A stretch of 34,416 nucleotides of DNA, taken from assembly GCF_006345805.1 (NCBI RefSeq), contig NW_021833500.1, forward strand, positions 1-34,416, written 5' to 3'. Positions within the stretch are counted from its first letter, which is position 1; every line of letters starts with the position of its first letter. This DNA is from Octopus sinensis (taxonomy: Eukaryota). This document shows, piece after piece, positions 11,362-23,173 of the stretch. The notes below the pieces were generated by a model. It made no database searches. It was not told the DNA's origin and saw only the letters and a program-made list of their open reading frames with translations. Both the position numbers and the translations under genes were made by a program.

Positions 11362-11558
11362 CTTGCACCGGTGGCACGTAAAAAGCACCCAGCACACTCA
11401 GTGAAGTGGTTGGCATTAGGAAGGGCATCCCACCATAGAAACCATGCCACAACAAACAGTCATAATCTGGACAGCTCCCTCCTAGCCAGCTCCTTGTCAA
11501 ACCGTCCAACCCATACCACCATGGAAAGAGAATACTAACTAATGATGATGATGATGAA
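11362..11558 (+). mobile_element. RTE 3'-tail copy
   Basis: GGTGGCACGTAAAAAGCACCC...GTGGTTGGCATTAGGAAGGGCATCC...GTCAAACCGTCCAACCCAT...(GAT)n. Confidence 0.85.
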
Positions 11559-11611
11559 TTATTTGATGTGTACATGTAGCTAAGTTGATAAAGTACTCTG
11601 TTAATAAAGTA

Positions 11612-11752
11612 CCAGATTATAAGGACCTGCTGGTTAGCTTCCAAATGACAGGGGCCAGATTATAAGGACCAGATTATAAGGACTAGATTACAAGGACCAG
11701 TTGGTTAGCTTCCAAATGACAAGAGCCCAGATGATTAGATTCTAAATGATAG
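11612..11752. repeat. Local two-module tandem repeat
   Basis: CCAGATTATAAGGA at 11612, 11655, 11669 and (variant) 11683; TGGTTAGCTTCCAAATGACA at 11631 and 11702. Confidence 0.85.
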
Positions 11753-12007
11753 AGTTCATATAAACAGTACCAAATGATAGGAGAACATTCTTAGATGATG
11801 ATAGGCAAAAATAATTACTGGCACTGAAATGATGGATTAAAACCCTTAAAGGTGCCTCAAGATATCTAGCATCCAATGACTGAAGCCATAAAAGGAATAA
11901 AAATATTTTCTAATGATGAAACCAATATTGGATAACTTTTTTTATTGATTAAATAAACTTCTTTTAATACCAAGGGAAATTATTAAGAAATACTCTTCTG
12001 TAAGAAT

Positions 12008-12008
12008 G

Positions 12009-12047
<39 letters not shown>

Positions 12048-12277
12048 CATCATCATCATCATAATCGTTTAACATCTGCTTTCCATGCTAGCATGGGTTG
12101 GACGGTTCAACCGGGGATCTGGGAAGCCCGAAGGCTGCACCAGGCCAGTCAGATCTGGCGGTGTTTCTACTGCTGGATGCCCTTCCTAACGCCAACCACT
12201 CCGTGGTGTACCTGGTGTACTCTTATCAGATGGGTAGTCATGATGGTTATACTGGGTTTTGTATATTTTATCCCAGT
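12008..12277 (-). mobile_element. Chimeric repeat copy 1 (RTE tail fused to the end of the (AAT)n-flanked family)
   Basis: (AAT)n(CAT)n, RTE tail to CCAACCACTCCG (12203), then TGGTGTACC...GGGTAGTCATGATGG...CCCAGT. Confidence 0.85.
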
Positions 12278-13497
12278 GAGGATAGGATCTGGTTTCAGGA
12301 CAAGAGGATTTAAATTCACTCATTATTTTTTGCCTCATCCCATTTGATCTTACTCCTACTTTCTTACCCCAGTAAGAGTCCATTTTAAAAATTATTTAGG
12401 GAACAATAACACACCAACAAGGAAAATATTAGCTGAAATAAAATCAATCTTTTAAGACTAAGAAAGAGGGAAAGACATAAGACATTTAGTAATGAATAGA
12501 GGGAAAGTCTTTCAGGTGTTTACGGTTTTATTCTCGGAGTTCTAGAATGATTAACTGTTAGTTCTCCCTTCTTTCCCCCACCCCCAGTACTTATTCACTT
12601 TCATAAATGTCTTTACTCAGCTGGCCAAAATGAGTTGTAACCTTGTCATAATCTGTGTGAAGCTGAATCTCCTTGAGAACTACGTTAATGATATGCATGT
12701 CAGTAGAGTACTCAGCCACTTGTGAGTTAATTTTATCCTCATGTGGTAATGAAAAGTGAAAGTGACATCGAATATTTGCTGTGTATATGTATCTATGTAT
12801 CAACTTTTCTTTGGATCTTTGCATCTACTGTCTCTCTCACTTTCTGTCCTTTTCTTTCACTTCCTCTGTGTCCCTCCTCTCTCCTGCTTTTAATTTAACA
12901 ATTTGTGTATGTATCTATGTATCAACTTTTCTTTTGATCTATGTATCTACTTTTCTTGTGATGTAATAAACATTTAAAAACACAAAACTAACGCCGTCAC
13001 CACTCACTGTCTCTTTCTCTCTTACTTCCTCTCTGAAACATTTAAAAACACAAAACGAACACCGTTACCACTCACTGTCTCTTTCACTCTATCTCTTTCT
13101 CTCTCACTCTCTCACTTTCTCTCTTTTTTGCTTACTCTCTCTCTTACTTCCTCTCTGTCCTCCTCTCTCTCGCTTTGCCACTCACTTCTTTGAAGTAAGT
13201 GTGACACACACGACAGTTACATACATAAAGAACAAATTGGCATATTAATATTATTGATACATTTATGTAAAACAGATGTAAACAATGGCTTTTATTGTGT
13301 TTTAGCTATCTTTTTCTTATCATACACGAGATAAAATTTAAAAAACGCTTTATCTAAACAATCTGTACTCTGTTGGTGCATTGGAGCAATTTATTGCCCA
13401 TGCTCTCTAAGAAAGTAGGGGTAAGATCAAATGGGATGAGGCAAAAAATAATGACTGAATTTAAATCCTCTTGTCCTGAAACCAGATCCTATCCTCA
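12277..13497. repeat. 91-bp near-perfect inverted repeat pair (12277-12367 and 13408-13497)
   Basis: TGAGGATAGGATCTGGTTTCAGGACAAGAGG...CTACTTTCTTA versus TAAGAAAGTAGG...CCTGAAACCAGATCCTATCCTCA; two mismatches found by eye. Confidence 0.92.
12780..13258 (-). repeat. Modular low-complexity repeat, possibly a Helitron-type 5' portion
   Basis: Direct repeats TGTATCTATGTATCAACTTTTCTT (12788, 12909) and CATTTAAAAACACAAAAC..AC.CCGT.ACCACTCACTGTCTCTTTC (12971, 13040). Minus strand starts A|TCAATAATATTAATATGCC; no CTAG/hairpin end found. Confidence 0.4.
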
Positions 13498-14087
13498 TGT
13501 GGCACCCTCTATTTCTAAATAATTTTAACTACAATATTGGAGTTGTGTCCCTTGCCTCTCTTTTCAAGAATTGATAATTAATTAACATTTTCTATGGCTC
13601 ATTGCATCAAGAACGCTCTTACTGACCTTACCACTGTAAAAGGTCAGTATCACTACTCTTCTTACTTTGATATGACAATTAGTAAAAATAAAATTCCCTT
13701 CTAGTCCTTATCTCTACCTAAGGGAGGATATGAACTTGCAATTCCTGGTTTAGGAAACTTTGAGTCCTTATCCATTGGGAAATCAAAGTAGTAAGCTAAC
13801 ATTAATAAAGAAACTCATTGATACTAAAGCTTTTAAAAGATTAATAGCTTATCTAGTTTGGCTTGCCGAGTAGAAGAAATGATTCTAGAAAAAGATAAGT
13901 TTGTTGTATGTTACATAATAAGCTGTCCTGGTGGGAGGGTCAATGTAATGTCATCATTTAGGCTAAAGAGGTCATTGATTTGGGGACTCATGATGTTGAA
14001 TATTTCAAATGTCAATTTAGCCATCAAAGATGGTGTGTGATGCAACGAAAGAGATAAAAACATACATGATTGACTACCTGTGGAAAA

Positions 14088-14158
14088 GAGGAGAGGAAGA
14101 AGAAGAAGAAGAAGAAGAAGAAAACAATACTCATTCAAGCATAGTGATGATGATGATA

Positions 14159-14193
<35 letters not shown>

Positions 14194-14195
14194 AA
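14088..14195. repeat. (GAA)n and (GAT)n microsatellites
   Basis: Directly visible. Confidence 0.95.
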
Positions 14196-14199
14196 TAAA

Positions 14200-14328
14200 C
14201 CTTTCTACAAAAGGCACAAGGCCTGCAGCTTGGTGGGAGGGAACTAGTTGATTACATTGACCCCAGTGTTTCACTGGTACTTAATTTATTGACCCTGAAA
14301 GGATGAAAGGCCAAGTTGACCTCAGCAG
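14200..14328 (-). mobile_element. tRNA-derived SINE fragment (Deu/Nin-like family)
   Basis: CTGGTACTTAATTTATTGACCCTGAAAGGATGAAAGG is the reverse complement of the central block at 25883-25917. Confidence 0.85.
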
Positions 14329-14332
14329 GATA

Positions 14333-14418
<86 letters not shown>

Positions 14419-14675
14419 CATCATCATCATCGTTTAACATCCGCTTTCCATGCTAGCATGGGTTGGACAGTTCAACTGGGGTCTGGGAAGCCCGAAGGCT
14501 GCACCAGGCCCAGTCAGATCTGGCGGTGTTTCTACAGCTGGATGCCTTTCCTAACGCCAACCACTCCGTGGTGTACCTCGTGTACTCTTATCAGATGGGT
14601 AGTCATGATGGTTATACTGGGTTTTGTATATTTTACCCCAGTGTCACTTTGATGGCATGCACTGCTCTCTCACTC
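14419..14675 (-). mobile_element. Chimeric repeat copy 2
   Basis: Same junction CCAACCACTCCG|TGGTGTACC (14568/14569) as copy 1, continuing to CTCTCTCACTC(AAT)n. Confidence 0.88.
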
Positions 14676-14696
14676 AATAATAATAATAATGGTTTC

Positions 14697-14728
<32 letters not shown>

Positions 14729-14731
<3 letters not shown>

Positions 14732-15280
14732 CCCTGATGCAATACAAGGCAGTGGCTCTCATGGCTTCTGATCTTAAGTGATTGGAAGAATTATCATGTA
14801 CATTGTTTTGTCTTGGTATAAAACATGGGCTACAGCAAATATTCTGCTCAATACCACAGATTTGCTTGTCAGTTGTTTGACTATAACCAGTTAAGCATGT
14901 TCCCTAGTGGCTGATGATATGTGAATCTCTGATCACAAGCAGTAGTGGGGGAGCATCACAGCCATGTGTTAAGAGGAAATCTTTGGGGTTTGAATAATTC
15001 ACCTTTGGAAATATGGATATTTCATTCAATATCCTTAAACAACCCTTATTCAGGGACCTTTTGAGCAGGATGGGCTACTCGACATGAAGAAAATTCTAAC
15101 TGGGCCCCACCTGCAAGGTCATGTGCTGTTTATCTTGATATGAGATCACCATGTCATGCACATATGGTTGTGATGCATGTGCTTGGTGTACCCTTATCAG
15201 ATGGGTAGTCATGATGGGTATACTGGGCATCATATATTTTACCCCAGTGTCACTTTGATGGCATGCACTGCTCTCTCACT
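14729..15280. mobile_element. About 550-580 bp non-coding interspersed repeat flanked by (AAT)n
   Basis: Colinear along its full length with 18520-19098. Confidence 0.9.
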
Positions 15281-15296
15281 TAATAATAATAATAAT

Positions 15297-15870
15297 GGTT
15301 TCAAATTTTTGCACAAGACCCATAGTTTCGGGGGGCAAGTCAGTTATGTTGCACAACTGGTGCTTATTTTATTGAACCCAAAAGGATAACAGGTAAATTT
15401 GATCCTGGATGAATTTGAACTCACAATGTTCGGAACCAAAACAAATACATTAATGCATTTTTCCTGATGCATTCTGTCAGTTCACTGTTTTAAACAGTTT
15501 TGAGTTTAGGCACAAAGCCAGCAATTTTGAAGGATGGATAGGTGATATCAAACCCAGTACTTGACTGGTACTTTATTTTATAGACCATGAAAAGAAGAAA
15601 GGCAAAATTAGCCCCCGTGAGATATGAACCCAAAACATAAAGAATCAGAAGAAATGCCAGAAAATATTTTTTCAGACACTCTCTTGATTTGGCCAACTCA
15701 CTCCTAACAATTTCTTACATGGACACTAGGCTTTAAATTTGAAAAAGGCATGTAGTCAACTACACTGACCCCAGTACTTGGCAGGTACTTTATTTTATGA
15801 ACCATAGTGCTATAAAAGGTAAAGTTGATCTCATAAGGATTTGAACTCAGCATGCAAAGAACCATAATAA
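15297..15870 (-). mobile_element. Three head-to-tail degenerate Deu/Nin-like SINEs (about 15297-15478, 15500-15708, 15720-15870)
   Basis: Each contains variants of GCACAAGGCC, (C/A)GGTACTT.ATTTTAT and AAAGG.AAA.TTGA.CTC...GGATTTGAACTCA in the same orientation. Confidence 0.75.
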
Positions 15871-15994
15871 AATAATACAGATGAGAGAAATTTACAAGAA
15901 GAATCATTTTGCCATTCATCTATGACCCAAGAAGTCTTCCAGACTACAATTATTTTTCATCTATGAGAAATGGCTTGCTTCATAAGATGTTAAA

Positions 15995-16145
15995 TTTACA
16001 GACCTCAGACTATGCCATGAAGTAGTTAGGGAGCATCATAGCCATGTGTTGAGAGGAATTGTTTGGGGTTTGAATAATTCACTTCTGGAAATGGGGATGG
16101 TTCGTTCATCATCCTTAAACAAAGCATGTACTGCTCTCTCGTTCA
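15995..16145. mobile_element. Internally deleted copy of the (AAT)n-flanked family
   Basis: GGGAGCATCATAGCCATGTGTTGAGAGG...CATCCTTAAACAA joins directly to GCATGTACTGCTCTCTC. Confidence 0.8.
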
Positions 16146-16176
16146 ATAATAATAATGATGATGATGGGTGATGATG

Positions 16177-16625
16177 ATTTCAAATTTTGGCACAAGGCCA
16201 GCAATTTCGAGGCAGGGGCTTAAATCAATTACACTAATCCCAGTGCTCAACTGGTACTTATTTTATTATGAAGGCGGCGAGATGGCAGAAACGTTAGCAC
16301 GCTGGGCGAAATGCGTAACCGTATTTTGTCTGCCATTACGTTCCGAGTTCAAATTCCACCGAGATCGACTTTGCCTTTCATCCTTTCGGGGTCGATAAAT
16401 TAAGTACCATTTATGCACTGGGGTTGATGTAATTGACTTAATCGGTGTGTCTGTCCTTGTTTGTCCCCTCTGTGTTTAGCCCCTTGTGGGTAATAAAGAA
16501 ATAGGTACTTATTTTATCGACCTTGAAAGGACGAAAGGCAAAATTACCTCAGGGGGATTTGAATTCAGAACATAAAGTCAAAAGGAATACAACTTAGCCT
16601 TTTATCTGGTGTGCCAGCTCAACAT
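16177..16625 (-). mobile_element. Older Deu/Nin-like SINE split by a younger copy
   Basis: Host sequence resumes at GGTACTTATTTTATCGACC after the insertion. Confidence 0.85.
16267..16503 (+). mobile_element. Young tRNA-derived SINE with 14-bp TSD
   Basis: GGCGGCGAGATGGCAGAAACG (A-box-like), GAGTTCAAATTCC (B box), GCCTTTCATCCTTTCGGGGTCGATAAATTAAGTACC; TSD GGTACTTATTTTAT at 16253-16266 and 16504-16517. Confidence 0.92.
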
Positions 16626-16658
16626 CTTTATAACAATAATAACAACAACAACAACAAC

Positions 16659-17034
<376 letters not shown>

Positions 17035-17359
17035 GGCGCAGGAGTGGCTGTGTGCCGACCAATGCCTTGTGAGTGGATTTGGTAGACGGAAACTGAAAGA
17101 AGCCTGTCGTGTATATATGTATATATATATGTATGTGTGTTTGTGTGTCTGTGTTTGTCTCCCTAGCATTGCTTGACAACCGATGCTGGTGTGTTTACGT
17201 CCCTGTCACTTAGCGGTTCGGCAAAAGAGACCGATAGAATAAGTACTGGGCTTACAAGGAATAAGTCCCGGGGTCGATTTGCTTGACTAAAGGCAGTGCT
17301 CCAGCATGGCCGCAGTCAAATGACTGAAACAAGTAAAAAGAGAAAAAGAGAAAAAAGAG
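17035..17359 (+). mobile_element. tRNA-derived CORE-like SINE with an 88-nt deletion removing the B box
   Basis: GGCGCAGGAGTGGCTGTGTG|CCGACCAA lacks the segment equivalent to 17665-17752 of the neighbouring copy. Confidence 0.9.
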
Positions 17360-17384
17360 AATAATAATAACGATAATATGGCTA

Positions 17385-17640
17385 AGGAAAATGAAGGAGG
17401 TGAAGATAGTGCTAATTACTGCTGGGTCCTTGGGACAGTATCAGAAGGCTTCAAGAGGAATGTAAAGAAAATTGGAATACAGTGCCCAGGAGAACTGTTA
17501 CAAAAGATTTGCCTCCTTGGCATGGCCAGAATAATCAGGGAAGCAGTAGATAGTTGAAAAGGACAGATAGTACGGTACCGTAGACGGCAGGCATCATGTC
17601 CACTATGGATGCAAGTCTACAGGAGTTACAACAAAACCTA
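17385..17640 (+). mobile_element. 3' end of an R4/Dong-like (RLE-type) non-LTR element
   Basis: KMKEVKIVLITAGSL / GTVSEGFKRNVKKIGIQCPGELLQKICLLGMARIIREAVDS* (one frameshift, stop at 17555-17557) matches the GALG...LQK..LLGTARI.R C-terminus of RLE elements. Confidence 0.82.
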
Positions 17641-17650
17641 AGATAAAAAG

Positions 17651-18030
17651 GGAGTGGCTGTGTGGTAAGTAGCTTGTCTACCAACCACATGGTTCCAGGT
17701 TCAGTCCCACTGCGTGGCACCTTGGGCAAGTGTCTTCTACTATAGCCTCGGGCCGACCAAAGCCTTGTGAGTGGATTTGGTAGACGGAAACTGAAAGAAG
17801 CCCGTCGTATATATGTATATATATATGTGTGTGTGTCTGTGTTTGTCCTCCTAGCATTGTTTGACAACCGATGCTGGTGTGTTTATGTCCCCGTCACTTA
17901 GCGGTTCGGCAAAAGAGTACGATAGAATAAGTACTGGGCTTACAAAAGAATAAGTCCCGGGGTCGAGTTGCTCGATTAAAGGCGGTACTCCAGCATGGCC
18001 GCAGTCAAAATGACTGAAACAAGGAAAAAG
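17651..18030 (+). mobile_element. Near full-length tRNA-derived CORE-like SINE
   Basis: TGGCTGTGTGG (A box), GGTTCAGTCCC (B box), CACCTTGGGCAAGTG, internal (TA)/(TG) tract, tail GACTGAAACAAG. Confidence 0.92.
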
Positions 18031-18054
18031 AAAGAAAGAAAAAGAAATAATAAT

Positions 18055-18468
18055 GGTTTCAAATTTTGGCATAAGGCCAGGAAATTTGGGGGAGGGTATA
18101 AGTCGATTACATCGACCCCCAGGGCTAAACTGGTACATGTTTTATCACTCTCAAAAGGATGAACAGCAAAGTTGATTTTGGCAGCATTTGAACTCAGTGT
18201 GTAAAATTGATGAAATGCAGCTAAGTATTTTGTCTAGCATGCTAATGATTCTGCCAGCTCCACTGCCTTAATATCAATGATATTGGTTTCAAATTCTGGC
18301 ACAAGGCCAGAAATTTTGAGGGAAGGGATAAGCTGATTACATCATCCCCTGTGCTCAAATGGTTTCCATTGAAACCAAAACGATGAAAGGCATAGTTGGC
18401 CTTCGTGGAATTTGGAGTAAGAATATAAAGATAGATGAACGCTAATGGTTTTGCCAGCTTGCTGCCCA
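18055..18468 (-). mobile_element. Two head-to-tail Deu/Nin-like SINEs (about 18055-18270 and 18283-18468)
   Basis: Both begin TGGTTTCAAATT(T/C)TGGCA.AAGGCCAG on + and end near (C/T)TGCCAGCT. Confidence 0.82.
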
Positions 18469-18519
<51 letters not shown>

Positions 18520-18523
<4 letters not shown>

Positions 18524-19098
18524 GCCCTGATGCAGTACCTAAATGCCCTGATGCAGTACCAGGCAGTGGCTCTCATGGCTTCTGATCTTAACTGATTGGA
18601 AGTGTTATCATGTACATTGTTTTGTCTTGGTATAAAAGATGGGCTACAGCAAATATTCTGCTCAATACCACAGATTTGCTTGTCAGTTGTTTGACCTTAA
18701 CCAGTTGAACATGTCCCTTAGTGGCTGACGATATGTGCATCTCTGATCACGAGCAGAAGTAGTGGGGGAGCATCATAGCCATGTGTTGAGAGGGATTCTT
18801 TGGGATTTGAATAGTTCACCTCTGGAAACATGGGTGGTTCTTTCAACATCCTTAAGCAACCCTTATTCAGGGACCGTTTGAGCGGGATGGGCTACTCAAC
18901 CTGAAGAAAATTCTAACTGGGCCCCACCTGCAAGGTCATGTGCTGTTTATCTTGATATGAGATCACCATGTCGCGCACATATGGTTGTGATGCATGTGCC
19001 TGGTGTACCTTTATCAGACGGGTAGTCATGATGGGTATATTGGGCTTCGTATATTTTACCCCAGTGTCACTTTGATGGCATGAACTGCTCTCTCACTC
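18520..19098. mobile_element. (AAT)n-flanked repeat with a 20-bp terminal duplication
   Basis: AAATGCCCTGATGCAGTACC at 18520-18539 and 18541-18560; long (AAT)n on both sides. Confidence 0.92.
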
Positions 19099-19164
<66 letters not shown>

Positions 19165-19182
19165 CATCATCATCATCATCAT

Positions 19183-19395
19183 CTTTTCTACTATAGGCAC
19201 AATGTTTGCAATTTCGGGGAGAGGACAGTCAATGTAATCGACCCCAATACTTGATTGGTACTTAATTTATTGACTTCAAAATGAATGAAAGACAAAGTTG
19301 ACCACAGCAGAATTTGAACTCAGAATGTAAGGCTAGATGAAATGCACCAAAGCATTTTGCATGGCATGCTAACGATTCTGCCATTTCCTCACCTT
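19183..19395 (-). mobile_element. Deu/Nin-like SINE
   Basis: CTTTTCTACTATAGGCAC...TGGTACTTAATTTATTGAC...GAATTTGAACTCAG...GCTAACGATTCTGCC. Confidence 0.85.
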
Positions 19396-19410
19396 GATAA
19401 TAATAATAAT

Positions 19411-19770
19411 AACAAGATCACTCAGAGAGTGCAAACCTCTGCCAAGGCAACACCAATGTCTTCTCAACCATTAGCCAGAGATGATCTTTAAAATGAGAAT
19501 ATCTGAAATAAACTCAACTGCTCTCACAAACAAGAATACTAAAAATGAACCCGACTGCTCTCAAAAATTAAGTGTAAAAAAAAAAGCAGAAATATAATCC
19601 GGAATCCTTGTCTGGTGGTGGATCGATTCCAAAATCTAATCAGTTCATGCCAGTCATGAAACCAAACATTCCTGAAAGTCTCATCCGAATCCATCCAGCG
19701 GTTCTTGAGATATCTTGTCCATGGATAAACAAACAAGCAAACAAGTACAACTGAAAACAATACTGTCACA
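19411..19770. mobile_element. Possible Helentron/DINE-like non-autonomous element
   Basis: Starts AACAAGATCACTCAGAGAGTGCAAACCTCTGCCAAGGC and ends GGTTCTTGAGATATCTTG...ACAAACAAGCAAAC...GAAAACAATAC; recalled family resemblance, far end degenerate. Confidence 0.45.
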
Positions 19771-20064
19771 TTCACTACTAAGTAATAACAATAAAAAAAC
19801 AAGGACTGTAATGATAATGGTGAATACAATAGTAATAATAATCAGCAAAAGTGATGATTAATTATAAGAAATTTTTAACTACTACTACTACTACAACAGA
19901 TAATGATGATATCAATGATGATGGTAAGCAATTTACAACTTATACATAATAGAAGGAGATTTTTCGATCATTACAGGCCAATCTATAAAGTAAACATCAA
20001 TTCTCAAGGACCACAAAACCATATGCTGACTCAGTTTCAGTGATAACAAGCAACAGTATTCAAA

Positions 20065-20274
20065 TACATACATACACGTGCATACATGTGTGTGTATATA
20101 TGTGTGTGTGTGTGCATGCATATATGTGTGTGTGTGCGCGTGTGTGTGTGTATGTATACATACATATATAGATACAAACATGTGTACACACATGCACACA
20201 CACGATAAAGAACGCTGCGTACATATAGGTATAAATATGTATTTCATTATATATGTGTGTGTATATATATATAC

Positions 20275-20321
<47 letters not shown>

Positions 20322-20367
20322 CATATACATATATATATATATACATATATAATATATATATAATCTA

Positions 20368-20410
<43 letters not shown>

Positions 20411-20411
20411 A

Positions 20412-20460
<49 letters not shown>
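20065..20460. repeat. (TG)n/(CA)n/(TA)n microsatellite block
   Basis: Directly visible. Confidence 0.95.
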
Positions 20461-20462
<2 letters not shown>

Positions 20463-20904
20463 GAAAGGCAGGAAATATACAATGAAAGAGAGGGAGCAGG
20501 GAGATATAGAATGAAAGAATAAGAGAGATATGCAGAGAGAAAGACAGGAAGAAACAGGGAATGATAAAGGGAGCGAGAAACAATAATTTTTATATGCCAT
20601 ATACATCAGGTGCTACTGGTCCCATAGATTATCAGCACTGGAAGTTTTCACGCTAACGTGGCTATCAAATGGTAATCCACTGAATAATATATGTACTTTC
20701 ATTGGAATCAATGTCAGAATGCAAGTATTCAGTCAGCTCGCAAAAATTATTCACGCTTGCTTGTTCAGCAGAATTTGGGACCTAGCTAAGGTTTATTGGC
20801 GAACATTTTTGCTTTTTGTTCAGGGGTTTTGTTAAGGGTTGGGATTGTTTTGTTTTTTTTCTTTATTCTGTTTTGGTTTCTGTTGTATTTTTTTTTCTAT
20901 TTCT

Positions 20905-20920
20905 CATATACATACATACA

Positions 20921-20967
<47 letters not shown>

Positions 20968-21606
20968 CTATGTACATACATATATATATACATGTATAAA
21001 TATTTATATATTTATGTGTACATATACATTTATATACATATATATATATATTTACACGTACATAATTGCTTACATATAAGAATATACAAACACACAGGTA
21101 CACATGTATGTATACATACACATGTATATTATAAATATGTTCATATTTATAATATACATGACTATATATATACATATATATATGTAGAGTGTATATAAGT
21201 TTTTATATGTATGTATATATATATATATATATACACATAGACATATGTGTGTGTGAGTATATATACATACTTACTTCCACACACATATATATATATACAC
21301 ATTCATATATATATGCGTATATGTGTATCATCATCATCATCATCATATATATATGTATATGTATTTCATATATAAACATACTTACATACACATGCAAACA
21401 TTTATATATATAGCATATACGTCTCTCTCTCTCTCTCTATCTCTCCCTCTCTCTATATATATATGTATATATATATATATATATTTCATTTTTGTGGATG
21501 TTTTATAATTTTCTTTGCATACATACCTACATATATATATGTGTGTGTGTGTATATATATATATTTATATATATATATATACATCATCGTTGTTATTATT
21601 ATTATG

Positions 21607-21650
<44 letters not shown>
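20905..21650. repeat. Mixed (TA)n, (TG)n, (CAT)n, (CT)n and (TTA)n microsatellites
   Basis: Directly visible. Confidence 0.93.
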
Positions 21651-21652
<2 letters not shown>

Positions 21653-21984
21653 GAGAAAAAACATCAATAGTTATGAATGTCTCACTTTCTACGGTGCCTT
21701 CTATTTATGAAACCTCACATCCACTCCCTGTTGCTGCCTTTGCCTTTTCTGTTGATTGATAGGCTTGCTGCTGATGTTGCTGTTGTTGTTGCTAATATTG
21801 CTGGTGTTGGTGTTGCTGTTGTTGTCATTGTTTCTGTTATTGGTATGTTTTCTAGCTTTGTTGTTATAATTCCTCAATTCCTTTCTTTTCAACACAAACC
21901 ATTCACATACACACATGTGCAGGCATGCACGCACATATCCAGAAGCATAATATACATTTGGGTGAGGCATGTTTGTGTATGGCC

Positions 21985-22400
21985 ATAGATACATACATAT
22001 ATATACATATATATATATATATGTATATATATGTATATATATATATACGCAAATATACATATATATATGCATATATATATGAAAATATATATATATATAC
22101 GGAAATATATATATGGCTATATATACATATATATATATATATGTGCAAATATATATATATGGCTATATATATATATATATATACATATATGGCAATATAT
22201 ATATATATATATATATATGTATGCATATTTATGTATTTATATATGTATGAATGTATATACACACACAGAAATGTACACAAGTACATATGAATATATAGTA
22301 TATATATATATAAACACAAATACAAGCACATGCATACACACATATATATATACATACATACATACATATATATTTCATTATGTATTTATATATTTATTTA
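21985..22400. repeat. Imperfect (TA)n with recurring GCAAA and GGCTA interruptions
   Basis: Directly visible. Confidence 0.9.
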
Positions 22401-22446
22401 TGTCCTTCGGGAACTTTCAATAAATATACTGTTTGTTTACTATCAG

Positions 22447-22593
22447 AGCCATTCATTTGCTAAGCCAACAGCTAATAGAGTGGATATCAGATGGAGAATA
22501 CATCTTTGTGCAAATAGCCATGAAACGTATTGAATCATGCCGTAAATTATGGTATATTGATCAGACATTGCAGCAGGTTGATAATATTGCTTG
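22447..22593 (+). CDS. Candidate isolated coding exon (147 nt, phase 2-2), product unknown
   Basis: Acceptor TGTTTGTTTACTATCAG, open frame AIHLLSQQLIEWISDGEYIFVQIAMKRIESCRKLWYIDQTLQQVDNIA, donor TG|GTAAAC; complex sequence between microsatellites. No homolog recognised. Confidence 0.38.
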
Positions 22594-22932
22594 GTAAACA
22601 ATACAGCTATAGATGTACTGGGTAGGTACTTAAATGACAAATATAACTTAGCCTCCCATATGCTAATCTTTTGGCAGATTCTGTATGTATACGTGTATGT
22701 GTGCATATGCCTATTTGTATGTATGTGAGTATATTACGAGTTTATTATATGTACGTGTATGTGTGCACGTGTTTATGAGTATGCAGTTCTGTGTCTGTGT
22801 GCATTGTGCACATGTATGCATTTATGTATATATTCATGTATATAAGCAAAATTTACAGTTATCACTAACTTGCCAGTGTATTCCTCTCAAGTGAACAAGG
22901 CACGTATATGTATGGATGCAATGTGTGGGAGC

Positions 22933-23021
22933 ATATATATATATATATATATATATAAAGAAATATACATATATGCATATATATATATATAAAGAAATAT
23001 ATATTAAAGAAATATATATAT

Positions 23022-23064
<43 letters not shown>

Positions 23065-23131
23065 GTATATATATATGCATATATATATAAAGAAAATATA
23101 TTTATTATATATATATATATATATATAAAGA

Positions 23132-23173
<42 letters not shown>

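Noticed and set aside
12591-12824. Minus-strand ORF ending ...HFGQLSKDIYESE
   Set aside because: Starts inside a repeat module, weak acceptor, no recognisable domain.
13594-13642. MAHCIKNALTDLTTVK followed by the donor AAG|GTCAGT
   Set aside because: Too short, no promoter evidence; the donor is also part of an 8-bp hairpin that could be chance.
18541-18620. Possible HDV-like ribozyme at the end of the (AAT)n-flanked family
   Set aside because: I could not build P1 or the nested pseudoknot on either strand by eye.
21677-21988. Hydrophobic ORF with [17 protein letters not shown]
   Set aside because: A decayed (GTT/GCT)n microsatellite without splice support.
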